This document shows, in pieces, positions 40,851 to 50,280 of a DNA stretch of 56,912 nucleotides. How positions within the stretch are numbered: position 1 is the first letter of the stretch; each line of letters begins with the position of its first letter. A program made the position numbers and the translations under genes. The stretch is from the IMG/VR virus record IMGVR_UViG_3300042514_001512; one strand, written 5' to 3'. Origin of the DNA: an uncultured virus (IMG/VR IMGVR_UViG_3300042514_001512) (Duplodnaviria > Heunggongvirae > Uroviricota > Caudoviricetes). A model generated the notes under the pieces. It was given only the letters and a program-made list of their open reading frames with translations, was not told where the DNA came from and searched no databases.

Positions 40851-41385
40851 CAAACATACAATCACTTCTTTTTTGAGATATGAAATTTTCAGAAAGATTA
40901 TCTAATAGTCTTGATGAGTCATCATCATTTTTTAATGTGAATAAATTATAATTGTCATCGTTTTGTACAATTACTTTATTATTTAATTTAGATATCATTT
41001 TTAAACCAGGTGGGTCTAAATATTTTTTAATAAAATCATTGATTGTTATTCTAGTATTGGTGGAATAATCAACAATAAGTTCCTCTAAATTATATTTTGA
41101 TATTTTGATAATTGAGAAATCATTATCGTCTAAGTCAACTTTAACCTGTCTACCAAAAACATCTTTCATATACATTGGTGACAAAGTTCCTGATGTTTTT
41201 TCTAACAATGCTAATTCATACAATGATTCGTAACCATTTTCATATTTTTTATCAAAAAAAATGGAATTACTTTTCTCAACCAATAAATTATATAACTCAT
41301 TTGCTTTTTTATGTGTTTTAAATTTATTGATTATTTTCTTTTTTACTTTATTCTTAAACAGTACTACTTGATAGTTGTATGACAT
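40738..41385 (-). CDS. Hypothetical protein
   Basis: 215 aa ORF with phage-typical composition. Confidence 0.6.
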   Translation of the reverse strand: MSYNYQVVLFKNKVKKKIINKFKTHKKANELYNLLVEKSNSIFFDKKYENGYESLYELALLEKTSGTLSPMYMKDVFGRQVKVDLDDNDFSIIKISKYNLEELIVDYSTNTRITINDFIKKYLDPPGLKMISKLNNKVIVQNDDNYNLFTLKNDDDSSRLLDNLSENFISQKRSDCMFVKDYSTAQRKYLYLILSEKGFPKTYLFRQSTTHPTKT

Positions 41386-41434
41386 TGAAAAATGATAATA
41401 TTAACTAAATTAGTTTCAAAACAAATATAAGTAA

Positions 41435-42358
41435 ATGAGTATGGATAATTTTTACAATACAATAGGGGTTAATGAAACCGCAACACAAGATGAGATTAAA
41501 AAAGCTTACCGTAAATTAGCAATTGAACATCATCCAGATAAAGGTGGTGATGAAAATAAATTTAAAAAAATTTCGGAAGCCTACGATACTTTAGGTGACG
41601 AGATTAAAAGAAGTCAATATGACAATCAAAGGCAAAATCCTTTTAATAACATGGGTGGTGGAGGATTCAACCCATTTGAAGATTTGTTTAAAGGAGCATT
41701 TCATACTCAAAGAAGACGAACTGTTCCTGATAAAGTAATTGAAGTTCAGATTAGTGCTCTTGAATCGTTTATTGCGGGGGATAAGGTAATTAGTTATTCA
41801 AGACAACATATGTGTAATGATTGTGTTGGACAAGGTGGAGATAGAGACACTTGTAATGTATGTAATGGAGATGGATTTATTGTTCAAAAAATTGGTGGAA
41901 GTATGTTTTCTCAGGTGGTTAGACAAACGTGTAACAAATGTAAAGGGAATGGATTCGCCTATAAAAAAACTTGTGGTACTTGCCACGGACAAACAACTAG
42001 GTCTGAAACGGAATCAATTAAGATTAAATTACCACATGGGATTGATGATGGACAATTTTTAAGGTTACAAGGTAAAGGTGATTATAAAGATGGTATGTAT
42101 GGTAATTTGGTTATTAGAGTTAAAGTGATGTCTGAAAATAATTTTGAAAAACTTGGGGATGATTTAATCTATAACGCTTATTTTGATTTAGATGGGTTAC
42201 ACAGTGATAATTTAGAGATTCCGCATCCACAAGGGAATATATCAATTAAATTACCAACTCAATTTGATACATCAAAACCCCTTAGAGTTAAATCTAAAGG
42301 GTATAATAATGTTGGTGATATGTTTGTTAAACTTTTTGTTAGGTTTAACCGTAATTAA
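41435..42358 (+). CDS. dnaJ: DnaJ co-chaperone
   Basis: J domain with HPD, G/F-rich linker, four CxxCxG zinc motifs, C-terminal domain. Confidence 0.93.
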   Translation: MSMDNFYNTIGVNETATQDEIKKAYRKLAIEHHPDKGGDENKFKKISEAYDTLGDEIKRSQYDNQRQNPFNNMGGGGFNPFEDLFKGAFHTQRRRTVPDKVIEVQISALESFIAGDKVISYSRQHMCNDCVGQGGDRDTCNVCNGDGFIVQKIGGSMFSQVVRQTCNKCKGNGFAYKKTCGTCHGQTTRSETESIKIKLPHGIDDGQFLRLQGKGDYKDGMYGNLVIRVKVMSENNFEKLGDDLIYNAYFDLDGLHSDNLEIPHPQGNISIKLPTQFDTSKPLRVKSKGYNNVGDMFVKLFVRFNRN

Positions 42359-42558
42359 TTTGTGAAGTAATTTTGAGCTTCGTGTATTAATTTTATAGTC
42401 CCGTATATTGCAGCAAATAAAATATAGAATGATATTGCAATTAAAAACCACTGTTGTTTTCGGAATTTACCACAAGAACTACATTTTTTTGTTGATTTAG
42501 GGGATTTATCGGTATTAATTTCGATTTCATCAATTACTGTTCCTTCGATTGTCTCCAT
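42355..42558 (-). CDS. Small membrane protein with CxxC
   Basis: KKCSSCGK followed by one TM helix. Confidence 0.55.
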   Translation of the reverse strand: METIEGTVIDEIEINTDKSPKSTKKCSSCGKFRKQQWFLIAISFYILFAAIYGTIKLIHEAQNYFTN

Positions 42559-42631
42559 TGTTTTTTAAATTTAAATAGTTTATAACCCAAAAGTAATCTA
42601 AAAATACTTTAAAGTAAAATACCTAAAACAT

Positions 42632-42660
42632 TTGCTTTTTTGGTTTTTTTCACTTATACT
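42632..42660 (+). promoter_or_regulatory. sigma70-like promoter
   Basis: TTGCTT-N17-TATACT upstream of the methyltransferase ATG at 42677. Confidence 0.4.
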
Positions 42661-42676
42661 TTTAAAAAAAATAACT

Positions 42677-43516
42677 ATGCTATCATACATCGGAGGTAAA
42701 AGTAAAATTGGAAAGTGGATTGTTCCTTTCTACCCTGAGGATATGGAGACATACGTAGAAACATTCGGGGGGATGTTTTGGTGTTTCTTCAATATGGATT
42801 TATCCAAATATCCAAATCTTAAGAAAGTCGTATATAATGACTTCAACCCACTAAATTATAACTTGTTTCAATGTGTTAAAAATCCTAAACTATTGTTGGA
42901 TGCTATTAACGAAATACCATGTCAACAATTTGGGGAAGAAATTACACCGTCAATTTACAAAGAACAATTTATCAGCTTCCAAGCTGAAATATTTGACGAT
43001 AATTTCAGCGTACAACCTGTTGATTATGTTGTTGCAGCAAAATACGCTTACGTATTAACACAAGTATTTAGTGGTAGTAAACCTGAAACGAGTAGTTTTA
43101 TTGACTTAAAAGGTAAGTATAAATCAAAATACCTAACATTTAGAGATAAGTTATCTAAACCTGAATGGATTGAACATTTTTTAAAGATAACCGAGGTTGA
43201 GAATATGGATTTTGAGGATGTTATTAAAAAATATGACTCACCAACAACATATATCTATTTGGACCCACCTTACTGGAGAACCGAAAATTATTATAATAAT
43301 CATGACTTTGATAGAGATGACCATGAAAGATTAGCCAATGCGTTAAAAGATGTTAAAGGTAAATTTAGTTTATCTTATTATGACTTTGAATTATTACGCA
43401 CTTGGTTTCCTGAACCAAAATATCGATGGGAGAAAAAAGAATTCGCCAAAGCTGCGGCGGCTAAAAAAGGTAAGACTCAAAACATGGGGGAAGAACTTTT
43501 AATTATGAATTACTAA
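42677..43516 (+). CDS. Dam-like (D12 class) DNA adenine methyltransferase
   Basis: YIGGKS, ETFGGM, YND and YLDPPY motifs. Confidence 0.9.
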   Translation: MLSYIGGKSKIGKWIVPFYPEDMETYVETFGGMFWCFFNMDLSKYPNLKKVVYNDFNPLNYNLFQCVKNPKLLLDAINEIPCQQFGEEITPSIYKEQFISFQAEIFDDNFSVQPVDYVVAAKYAYVLTQVFSGSKPETSSFIDLKGKYKSKYLTFRDKLSKPEWIEHFLKITEVENMDFEDVIKKYDSPTTYIYLDPPYWRTENYYNNHDFDRDDHERLANALKDVKGKFSLSYYDFELLRTWFPEPKYRWEKKEFAKAAAAKKGKTQNMGEELLIMNY

Positions 43517-43542
43517 ATAATGGATTATTTCTTAATTCTGAA

Positions 43543-43550
43543 TATTTATA
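43543..43550 (+). promoter_or_regulatory. Putative late promoter TATTTATA
   Basis: Upstream of the LRR protein; same extended context as 37453. Confidence 0.6.
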
Positions 43551-43565
43551 TTAAAAACATTTAAA

Positions 43566-44942
43566 ATGAGAATAACAACATTACTTTCGAATTTAATAGT
43601 AGAACAATCTAGATTTCAGGTTTTATTTGATAAATTAGTCAAACCTGCTACTAAATCTAAAAATATTGAAACAGGGAAAAAACCAAAAGGTATTATGGAT
43701 TTTGAAACCCTAAAGGCGATTATCCTTGCTGACCCAACAACTAGAGTACCTGAAGGTAAAGATATAGACACTTTATCCATGGAAGATATGGAAAGAGTTA
43801 AAGTTGGTAAATACTCACAATGGTTACTTAAAAACTATGTTAGTCCTCAGATTGAAACTGATGATGAAGTTGATTTTAAAAGTCCTGCATATCAAAAGTC
43901 TTTAGTTGAAGGCCGAAGATTATTCATGGAGGATTTATATAAAACTACCGCTGATTTAGTTAAGTTTGAAAAGGCTAAACCCTATTTACCCCAAGAACAA
44001 AGAGACATCAATAAATTTACGGTAACATCATTATTTGATACTTTAAAAGATTTCCAAATTCCTGAAAAGAAAAAGGGTGAACTTGAAAAGAAAGAAGCTA
44101 AAAAATCAAGAGAAGGTCTTAACCACGCTGGTGGTAAAATCGTTTATGAAGGTCCAAATTGGACAATGATTAAAATTGAAGACCAAGGTAGTGTTGGTAA
44201 AGACGCGGCGGTTTACTATGGTGGATTCCATGAGTACGACCAAGGAGAATCAAGATGGTGTACGTCATCACCTGGATTAACTTATTTTAATGGATACATT
44301 AAAGATGGCCCATTATATGTCGTATTTCCAAATGATGACAAAGGTTTAGTTGGTAAAAAAACAGGTTTACCGCAAGAAAGATTCCAATTCCATTTCCCTT
44401 CAAATCAGTTTATGGATAGACATGACAGACAAATTAATTTAGTTGAATATTTGAACGGACCTATGTCTGAACTCAAGGACTTCTTCAAACCTGAATTTGC
44501 GAAAGGATTAGTAACTAAAGGTGGTAATAAGGTTGAAATTAACTATCCTGATAGTTCTGCGGGTAAATTTGTTGCTTTATATGGATTTGATGAATTATTT
44601 GATAGTTTACCTGAAAATATAGAACACTTATTAATTAATAACAAATCAAAAGAAGAGATTGCGTTAACAGTTCCTGAGTCTTTAGGTAGATTCAAAGACT
44701 TACAAGCATTGTTATTACAAAATATCGCTAAAACATTACCTGAGTCAATCGGTCAATTACAGAATTTAAATTTCTTGGCGTTACCGTCAAATAAATCGTT
44801 ACAAAGTTTACCTGAATCAATTGCTGATATACCAGGTTTAGCGTTTATTAACTTAAAAGATAGTAACCCTGGTGTTAAAATACCTGAAAGATTAAAAGAA
44901 AAACTATCTGATGAAGGTAGTGGGTTTTATTATGTAAACTAA
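43566..44942 (+). CDS. Late protein with WCT-motif domain and C-terminal leucine-rich repeats
   Basis: Leader MRITTLLSNLIVEQ; GESRWCTSSPG...GPLYV; LRRs VPESLGRFKDLQALLL, LPESIGQLQNLNFLAL, LPESIADIPGLAFINL; upstream TATTTATA. Confidence 0.7.
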   Translation: MRITTLLSNLIVEQSRFQVLFDKLVKPATKSKNIETGKKPKGIMDFETLKAIILADPTTRVPEGKDIDTLSMEDMERVKVGKYSQWLLKNYVSPQIETDDEVDFKSPAYQKSLVEGRRLFMEDLYKTTADLVKFEKAKPYLPQEQRDINKFTVTSLFDTLKDFQIPEKKKGELEKKEAKKSREGLNHAGGKIVYEGPNWTMIKIEDQGSVGKDAAVYYGGFHEYDQGESRWCTSSPGLTYFNGYIKDGPLYVVFPNDDKGLVGKKTGLPQERFQFHFPSNQFMDRHDRQINLVEYLNGPMSELKDFFKPEFAKGLVTKGGNKVEINYPDSSAGKFVALYGFDELFDSLPENIEHLLINNKSKEEIALTVPESLGRFKDLQALLLQNIAKTLPESIGQLQNLNFLALPSNKSLQSLPESIADIPGLAFINLKDSNPGVKIPERLKEKLSDEGSGFYYVN

Positions 44943-44971
44943 TTTACTTATTTTTTTACAAAAATAATGTT

Positions 44972-45262
44972 ATGGGAAATGTTGACGTAGACATATATGT
45001 TAATCAGTTTATATCATTTTTTGATAAAAACCCTGAAGAGTTAAAAATTTTAATCGGTGATGTGGATAAAAATGAATTTTATCTTAAAGTTACTGAACAA
45101 TGTTATGTTAATGTTGAAAATGGGGAAGAAATTTCTTTAACAAGGCCTCAGATACTTAAAATAATTGTTAAACTTAGAAAGAGTGAAATTACTATCTTTG
45201 AAAAAACTAAGATTTACGAAATTCACCAAAAAACAAAATTCGGAAACATTTGTTTAAATTAA
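44972..45262 (+). CDS. Hypothetical protein
   Basis: 96 aa, ends FGNICLN. Confidence 0.6.
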   Translation: MGNVDVDIYVNQFISFFDKNPEELKILIGDVDKNEFYLKVTEQCYVNVENGEEISLTRPQILKIIVKLRKSEITIFEKTKIYEIHQKTKFGNICLN

Positions 45263-45263
45263 A

Positions 45264-45295
45264 TTTGGTAATATGAATGGTATTCATTACTTTTG
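45264..45295 (+). promoter_or_regulatory. Bacteroidota-type housekeeping promoter (-33/-7)
   Basis: TTTG-N20-TACTTTTG upstream of the DUF932 gene. Confidence 0.6.
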
Positions 45296-45321
45296 TATTA
45301 TAAATTTAAAAACAACAAAAT

Positions 45322-46077
45322 ATGTCATACACTTCCGAGTCAATTAAATCAACCGCACCAGCAGTATTTGCAACGTCCCCATCTCAAAAGATGTCGGATA
45401 AGTATGTTTTCGTACCAACATTTGAAATTCTTGAGAATTTTGAACGTGAGGGATGGCAATTATCATCTGTTAAACAAACAGGTCGTGGTGAACATGGTGT
45501 TCACGAATTAAGATTTCGTAATGGGGAATTACCTAAAGTTGGGGATTCAATCGTAGAGGTAATTATTCGTAACTCGCATAACGGATTGGCAACATTCTCA
45601 GTTAGTGCTGGCCTTCATCGATTAGTATGTAGTAACGGTTTAACGGTACCTACGTCACTTTCTGAGTCATTCAACCTTAGACATCAAAGATTTGATTTAA
45701 ATGAGGTAAAACAACTTACAGAGAGTTTTGCGGGACGGTTACCTGTAATCCAAAGGTCAGTAGACCGAATGATGAATAAAGAACTGACTTTACCTGAGAA
45801 AATTCAATTCATTAAGAAAGCTATCAACACTCGTTGGAAGACTGGTACTGTACCACCAACTCTTGATGTTATGGAGATTATGTACCCTAAACGTGAAGAA
45901 GATAACAAGAATGACTTATGGACGGTATTCAATGTGGTACAAGAGAAGTTTATTAAAGGTGGTCTTGAGTATCAAACACAAAGAGGTAGAAAAACATCCT
46001 TAAGAGGTTTAAGTAGTATTATGGCGGTTAACCAAGTTAATACCAAACTTTGGGAACTTGCAGAAGAGATGTGTTAA
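45322..46077 (+). CDS. DUF932 (DUF945) family protein
   Basis: SDKYVFVPT, NSHNG, AGLHRLVCSNGL, DLWTVFNVVQE, NTKLWELA. Confidence 0.85.
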   Translation: MSYTSESIKSTAPAVFATSPSQKMSDKYVFVPTFEILENFEREGWQLSSVKQTGRGEHGVHELRFRNGELPKVGDSIVEVIIRNSHNGLATFSVSAGLHRLVCSNGLTVPTSLSESFNLRHQRFDLNEVKQLTESFAGRLPVIQRSVDRMMNKELTLPEKIQFIKKAINTRWKTGTVPPTLDVMEIMYPKREEDNKNDLWTVFNVVQEKFIKGGLEYQTQRGRKTSLRGLSSIMAVNQVNTKLWELAEEMC

Positions 46078-46081
46078 TTTA

Positions 46082-46104
46082 AATGGGGGTAATAACCCCC
46101 CATT
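46082..46104 (+). terminator. Stem-loop / probable terminator
   Basis: AATGGGGG-taataac-CCCCCATT directly after the DUF932 stop. Confidence 0.6.
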
Positions 46105-46119
46105 CATTTAATTTAAATT

Positions 46120-47886
46120 ATGAGAGAAATTTATTCATATACTTTGACGGATTACACCACGATAAAATTCGAGGGTACTAATGATTTATGTTTTGATAAA
46201 CATGAGACTGTGAATCCATTGGGGGATAACGAACCATTAAAGAAAAAAACTACACTATCAACCGATGGTTGGGATGGAGGGCATTATGGTAAATTTAAAC
46301 AAGAATCTATTAGTGAAGACGAAGAGGATTTTATTAAAAACTATGGTAATCCTTTATGTACTGTAAGGTTGTACAGAAGAACTATTGTTGTTACTGAAAA
46401 GGATAATAAGATTGCTTTAAAAATATTTGAATATAACCGAGTTAGGATTAAGGCGACCAAATATTTTAGGTTATCAACAAGAGTTGAATTTCTAACATTT
46501 AATCATACAACAAATTCATTATATACGGGTTATATTATAAACTATCATAAAAAAAGAAAGTGTCGTAAAAAACTTAGAAGGTGTATTTTTGCTGAAGACC
46601 CAATTAATCGTTTTCGTTCTTTAATAAATTCTTTATTTGGTGACTATAAAGAAAAAGTTATTGAACCTAAAATTTGGGGGAGGTCTGATTTAATTAATCA
46701 TATTATTAATTTGTTTGTTAACTCAATCCCTGGCACTGAAAAATACCCTGAATTATCGCCTGAGTTAAAATTATATAAACGATACTTAGATTATTCGGGT
46801 ATTAAATTTTCAAACAATTGGAGTTCGTTTATATTATATAATCCACAACCTAAAAAGGTTGAGTTGGTTAAGAATGGTATGAAATATATTGACACTATTA
46901 TTAGTAACGCAGGTCTTAATGGAGATAAACTTAAACGTGTATTACATAAAGTAAAACAATGTGATTTTACAACATTATCTTATACTTATGAGGTTTTTGG
47001 TAAGAATTTTATAATGTCACAAAATGACGATATCATTAAAAAAATGATTGAAAACTCCGTGGTTAACGGTAGTGGCGTACAGGTTAATTTTACTAACAAG
47101 GAAAACCAAAACTCGTTCGATATCTTCAAGTTAGTATTAGATGGACAAATAAATTATAATACCTTCCATGACCATTTAAACTTTCATAATTTCTTAAATA
47201 ATTTAGAAACAATTAAGTGGAAGTCTTCTAATTACGAAGACTTTATGGATGAACACTTTGAGTGGTCAGAAAAACAAGCGTTCTATACGTCAGGTGACTT
47301 TAAAAGATATTATGGTGAGAAGTTTAAGTCAGAAGTTGAAAGACCGTTATTGGGTGTAAATGTTCATTTTCCTGTTTTATTGACCACTAGTAAAGAATAT
47401 AATAAAGAATCTTTCATACAGTCTAATTGTGTTAAAACTTATATTAAAAAACCACACTCAGTTATTGTATCTTTAAGAAGAGATAATGTTGATTCTGAAT
47501 ATAGAGTGACTATTGAATACTTTATTAAGTATAGTGGTGGTAAAGTAGTTGAATTGAAAAGAGTACAATCATTAGGTAAATTTAATTATAACTTTGGAGA
47601 AGATTGGTCAATTATTTTAGAAAACCTTGATAGACGAATAGATGACTTGGTTAAAAAAGAATTGTTTGTTTTACCTGAGATAGAATCTATATTTGGTCAC
47701 AAAACAATCAAAAGTAAATTAGTTGAAATAGGGTCAAACCAATTTTATGATGTTCATAATATAGGTAGTGAAACTAAATTAGATTGGGATAATGATATGA
47801 TATATAATGTTACTTTAAAACAAAGTATATTTGATGATTTTGAACCTAATAATTTACTAAATATGATTAATGAATTAGATTTTTAA
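46120..47886 (+). CDS. PcfJ-like domain protein
   Basis: C-terminal ESFIQSNCVKTY...IVSLR...TIEY...VQSLGKFN resembles the PcfJ domain pattern. Confidence 0.6.
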   Translation: MREIYSYTLTDYTTIKFEGTNDLCFDKHETVNPLGDNEPLKKKTTLSTDGWDGGHYGKFKQESISEDEEDFIKNYGNPLCTVRLYRRTIVVTEKDNKIALKIFEYNRVRIKATKYFRLSTRVEFLTFNHTTNSLYTGYIINYHKKRKCRKKLRRCIFAEDPINRFRSLINSLFGDYKEKVIEPKIWGRSDLINHIINLFVNSIPGTEKYPELSPELKLYKRYLDYSGIKFSNNWSSFILYNPQPKKVELVKNGMKYIDTIISNAGLNGDKLKRVLHKVKQCDFTTLSYTYEVFGKNFIMSQNDDIIKKMIENSVVNGSGVQVNFTNKENQNSFDIFKLVLDGQINYNTFHDHLNFHNFLNNLETIKWKSSNYEDFMDEHFEWSEKQAFYTSGDFKRYYGEKFKSEVERPLLGVNVHFPVLLTTSKEYNKESFIQSNCVKTYIKKPHSVIVSLRRDNVDSEYRVTIEYFIKYSGGKVVELKRVQSLGKFNYNFGEDWSIILENLDRRIDDLVKKELFVLPEIESIFGHKTIKSKLVEIGSNQFYDVHNIGSETKLDWDNDMIYNVTLKQSIFDDFEPNNLLNMINELDF

Positions 47887-47887
47887 G

Positions 47888-48199
47888 ATGAAAGAAATTC
47901 CTTTATTTTGTGTTGAAATGTTTACCAAAAAGTATGGTGTTCATCCTAGTTTTGTTGAGGTGATGTTACCATATTCAGAATCCGCAATTAAAACCGTAAT
48001 TAAAAAATCGTATTTACTATGGTACAGAGACTTTGTTAATGAGAAAGGTGAAGTGTTAAGTAAAGACACGTTATATGAATACGATTCAACAGGAGTTCTT
48101 TTGTATTTTAAAAACGGTACTCATATATTTATATTAACAAAACCCGACAAGAAAAGTATTGTTGAGTTTTTTATACATAACTTAAAAAAAATAAAATAA
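47888..48199 (+). CDS. Hypothetical protein
   Basis: 103 aa, coupled spacing. Confidence 0.55.
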   Translation: MKEIPLFCVEMFTKKYGVHPSFVEVMLPYSESAIKTVIKKSYLLWYRDFVNEKGEVLSKDTLYEYDSTGVLLYFKNGTHIFILTKPDKKSIVEFFIHNLKKIK

Positions 48200-48202
48200 A
48201 CT

Positions 48203-48526
48203 ATGGAAATTACACAAGAATTATTACAGGAAAAAATTAACAACGGAGAAAAATTAGTCGTGGATTTTTGGGCACCTTGGTGTGGTCCTTGTAAAATGAT
48301 GAAACCTGTTTTTGAAACCGTTGCGGAAAAATATCAAAAAGAAAATTCTGAAGTACAATTATATACATTGAATGTTGAAGAGAATAAAGAATTTTCGTCC
48401 AAGTTAGGAATTAGAGCAATCCCTACAATAAAATCTTTTGCCAATGGTAAAGAACAATTTTCAAGACCAGGATTACAAATGGAGTCTCAAATAAATGATA
48501 TTGCAAAAAATTTATTGAATGGATAA
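48203..48526 (+). CDS. trxA: Thioredoxin
   Basis: VDFWAPWCGPCKMM active site; IPT. Confidence 0.93.
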   Translation: MEITQELLQEKINNGEKLVVDFWAPWCGPCKMMKPVFETVAEKYQKENSEVQLYTLNVEENKEFSSKLGIRAIPTIKSFANGKEQFSRPGLQMESQINDIAKNLLNG

Positions 48527-48803
48527 AGTATTAATTCTTTTCACAATGGAGGGTTGTCCTTTTTGTGATATAATGAAAGAACAATTAAATGAGATTGATA
48601 TTGATTATGTGGTTAGGGATATTAACGAATATGAGGAAGAATATGACATGTTTGTTGAGATTACCGAAAATGACTTTGTACCAGCATTTATGATTATTGA
48701 ATCACCTGATGAAAATCCTAAGACCATGTTGTTTGCTCCTGATAGAGATTTCAATGAAATTGAAGACGGAGTTAAAATAATTAAAGAACATTTTAATTTA
48801 TAA
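48519..48803 (+). CDS. Glutaredoxin/NrdH-like redoxin
   Basis: FTMEGCPFC; FVP. Confidence 0.8.
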   Translation: MDKVLILFTMEGCPFCDIMKEQLNEIDIDYVVRDINEYEEEYDMFVEITENDFVPAFMIIESPDENPKTMLFAPDRDFNEIEDGVKIIKEHFNL

Positions 48804-48838
48804 AAATCCTTCACTAGATTTTTTTATGTATTTACGAT

Positions 48839-49363
48839 ATGAATTTGACTTTTAAAAAAAATGGTGTTACTCATCATCCTGCAAGAACTTGGGAATTAAC
48901 TGACGGTAATTACATTAATATTTATCAGGGTAGTCGTGGACACAATCCAGAGTTAGATTTTATTGTTAAATACAAAACTGAAAAATCTAGATTAAGAGCT
49001 CCATCACATACTCATTGGATTGTTGATTTACTTTTAAAATGTGAACATAATCCAAATGGGGTTAACTCTTATGTAACTGAATGGTTAGAGATATACGATG
49101 TTGCCTCAGCATTTAACTCTATTGAGGAACGTAATAATTATTGTTTAATGTATAACGATTATTTTACCGAAAAATATGATTTGTTACAAAATTTAGGTGT
49201 TTTTTCAGTTGAATTTTTATCCGCAATGATTGAATTGTTTATTAAGTGTGAAAAACAAACGCCCAATGCCTTCATGTTTAAAACCCTTTTAGTTTTAATT
49301 AAAGATTATTGTGAGGGTAAAAAAGACTTCTACCAAGTAGTGTCCTATTCTAAACGAGTTTAA
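48839..49363 (+). CDS. Hypothetical protein
   Basis: 174 aa; RAPSHTHWIVDLLLK motif; convergent 4-nt overlap with the next gene. Confidence 0.6.
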   Translation: MNLTFKKNGVTHHPARTWELTDGNYINIYQGSRGHNPELDFIVKYKTEKSRLRAPSHTHWIVDLLLKCEHNPNGVNSYVTEWLEIYDVASAFNSIEERNNYCLMYNDYFTEKYDLLQNLGVFSVEFLSAMIELFIKCEKQTPNAFMFKTLLVLIKDYCEGKKDFYQVVSYSKRV

Positions 49364-50181
49364 AAAATAATTAAATCTTTTGTTCTATCATGGATTAACC
49401 ATGGTTTATCACTAATAGGATTATTTAAATCCTCAGAAACATCGTAGTTTAATATGGTAGTTTGAAATTTATTTAAATTAAAATCAAACACATCCAATAC
49501 CATAGATTTAATTGTTTCTTCCTGATACATCGAATCTGAAATAATTCTTATGTTGAAATCATCATCTTGGTTTTTAAGTGTTGATATTTTGAATAATATC
49601 TTATTTGAGTTAATTACTTTGAATAACTGATTACAAATATATTCTGAATAGTAAAAATATAATCTACCCATACTTAAACTATGTCCGTATGGAAATTCAG
49701 ATGAAATATTAAGAGGGGAATAAGAGAAGTAACTTAATTTTGTTGTGTCCTCATGACTGAAATCCAATTCAACCATGAACCCTTTATGGTCTGACACTGA
49801 ATTATATTTAACAGTATTATCTGATTGAACAAAGTTAATCATTTTTTGGTTAAATAATGGTCTTTCAGTATTATAGAAGGTGAACCAATATTCTTCCTTC
49901 TTAACTAATTCATTATTGTATAAGATTAGGTCGACAACATTTATATTATCATAACCGTACTTGCTTAACAAGGATTCGTTTTCTTTATAAAACCTTTCTT
50001 TAACGTCAGACATGTCTAATATCTTAGAAGAGTTTGTCATACCGTTTATTACAAAGAATTTACCACAATCAGTTATCTCAACTACCGTATCGTATTTTGT
50101 ATCTTTGTTTATTTCTTTTAAAACAAAATCGGCAAAACTGTTTACGATTCCTTTATTTGAATATTTATTGATGTAGTTCAT
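49360..50181 (-). CDS. Degenerate S-adenosylmethionine synthetase (MetK)-like protein
   Basis: N- and C-terminal segments follow the MetK pattern without its catalytic motifs (see findings). Confidence 0.4.
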   Translation of the reverse strand: MNYINKYSNKGIVNSFADFVLKEINKDTKYDTVVEITDCGKFFVINGMTNSSKILDMSDVKERFYKENESLLSKYGYDNINVVDLILYNNELVKKEEYWFTFYNTERPLFNQKMINFVQSDNTVKYNSVSDHKGFMVELDFSHEDTTKLSYFSYSPLNISSEFPYGHSLSMGRLYFYYSEYICNQLFKVINSNKILFKISTLKNQDDDFNIRIISDSMYQEETIKSMVLDVFDFNLNKFQTTILNYDVSEDLNNPISDKPWLIHDRTKDLIIF

Positions 50182-50231
50182 TTTTAATAATTATACCAAT
50201 TAATAGTAAAAATAATTTATATTATAAATAG

Positions 50232-50258
50232 AAAAAGGGGCGTTTATCACCCCTTTTT
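50232..50258. terminator. Bidirectional-looking terminator hairpin
   Basis: AAAAGGGG-cgtttatca-CCCCTTTT. Confidence 0.65.
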
Positions 50259-50280
50259 AATAACAGAAATAAGAAATAAA

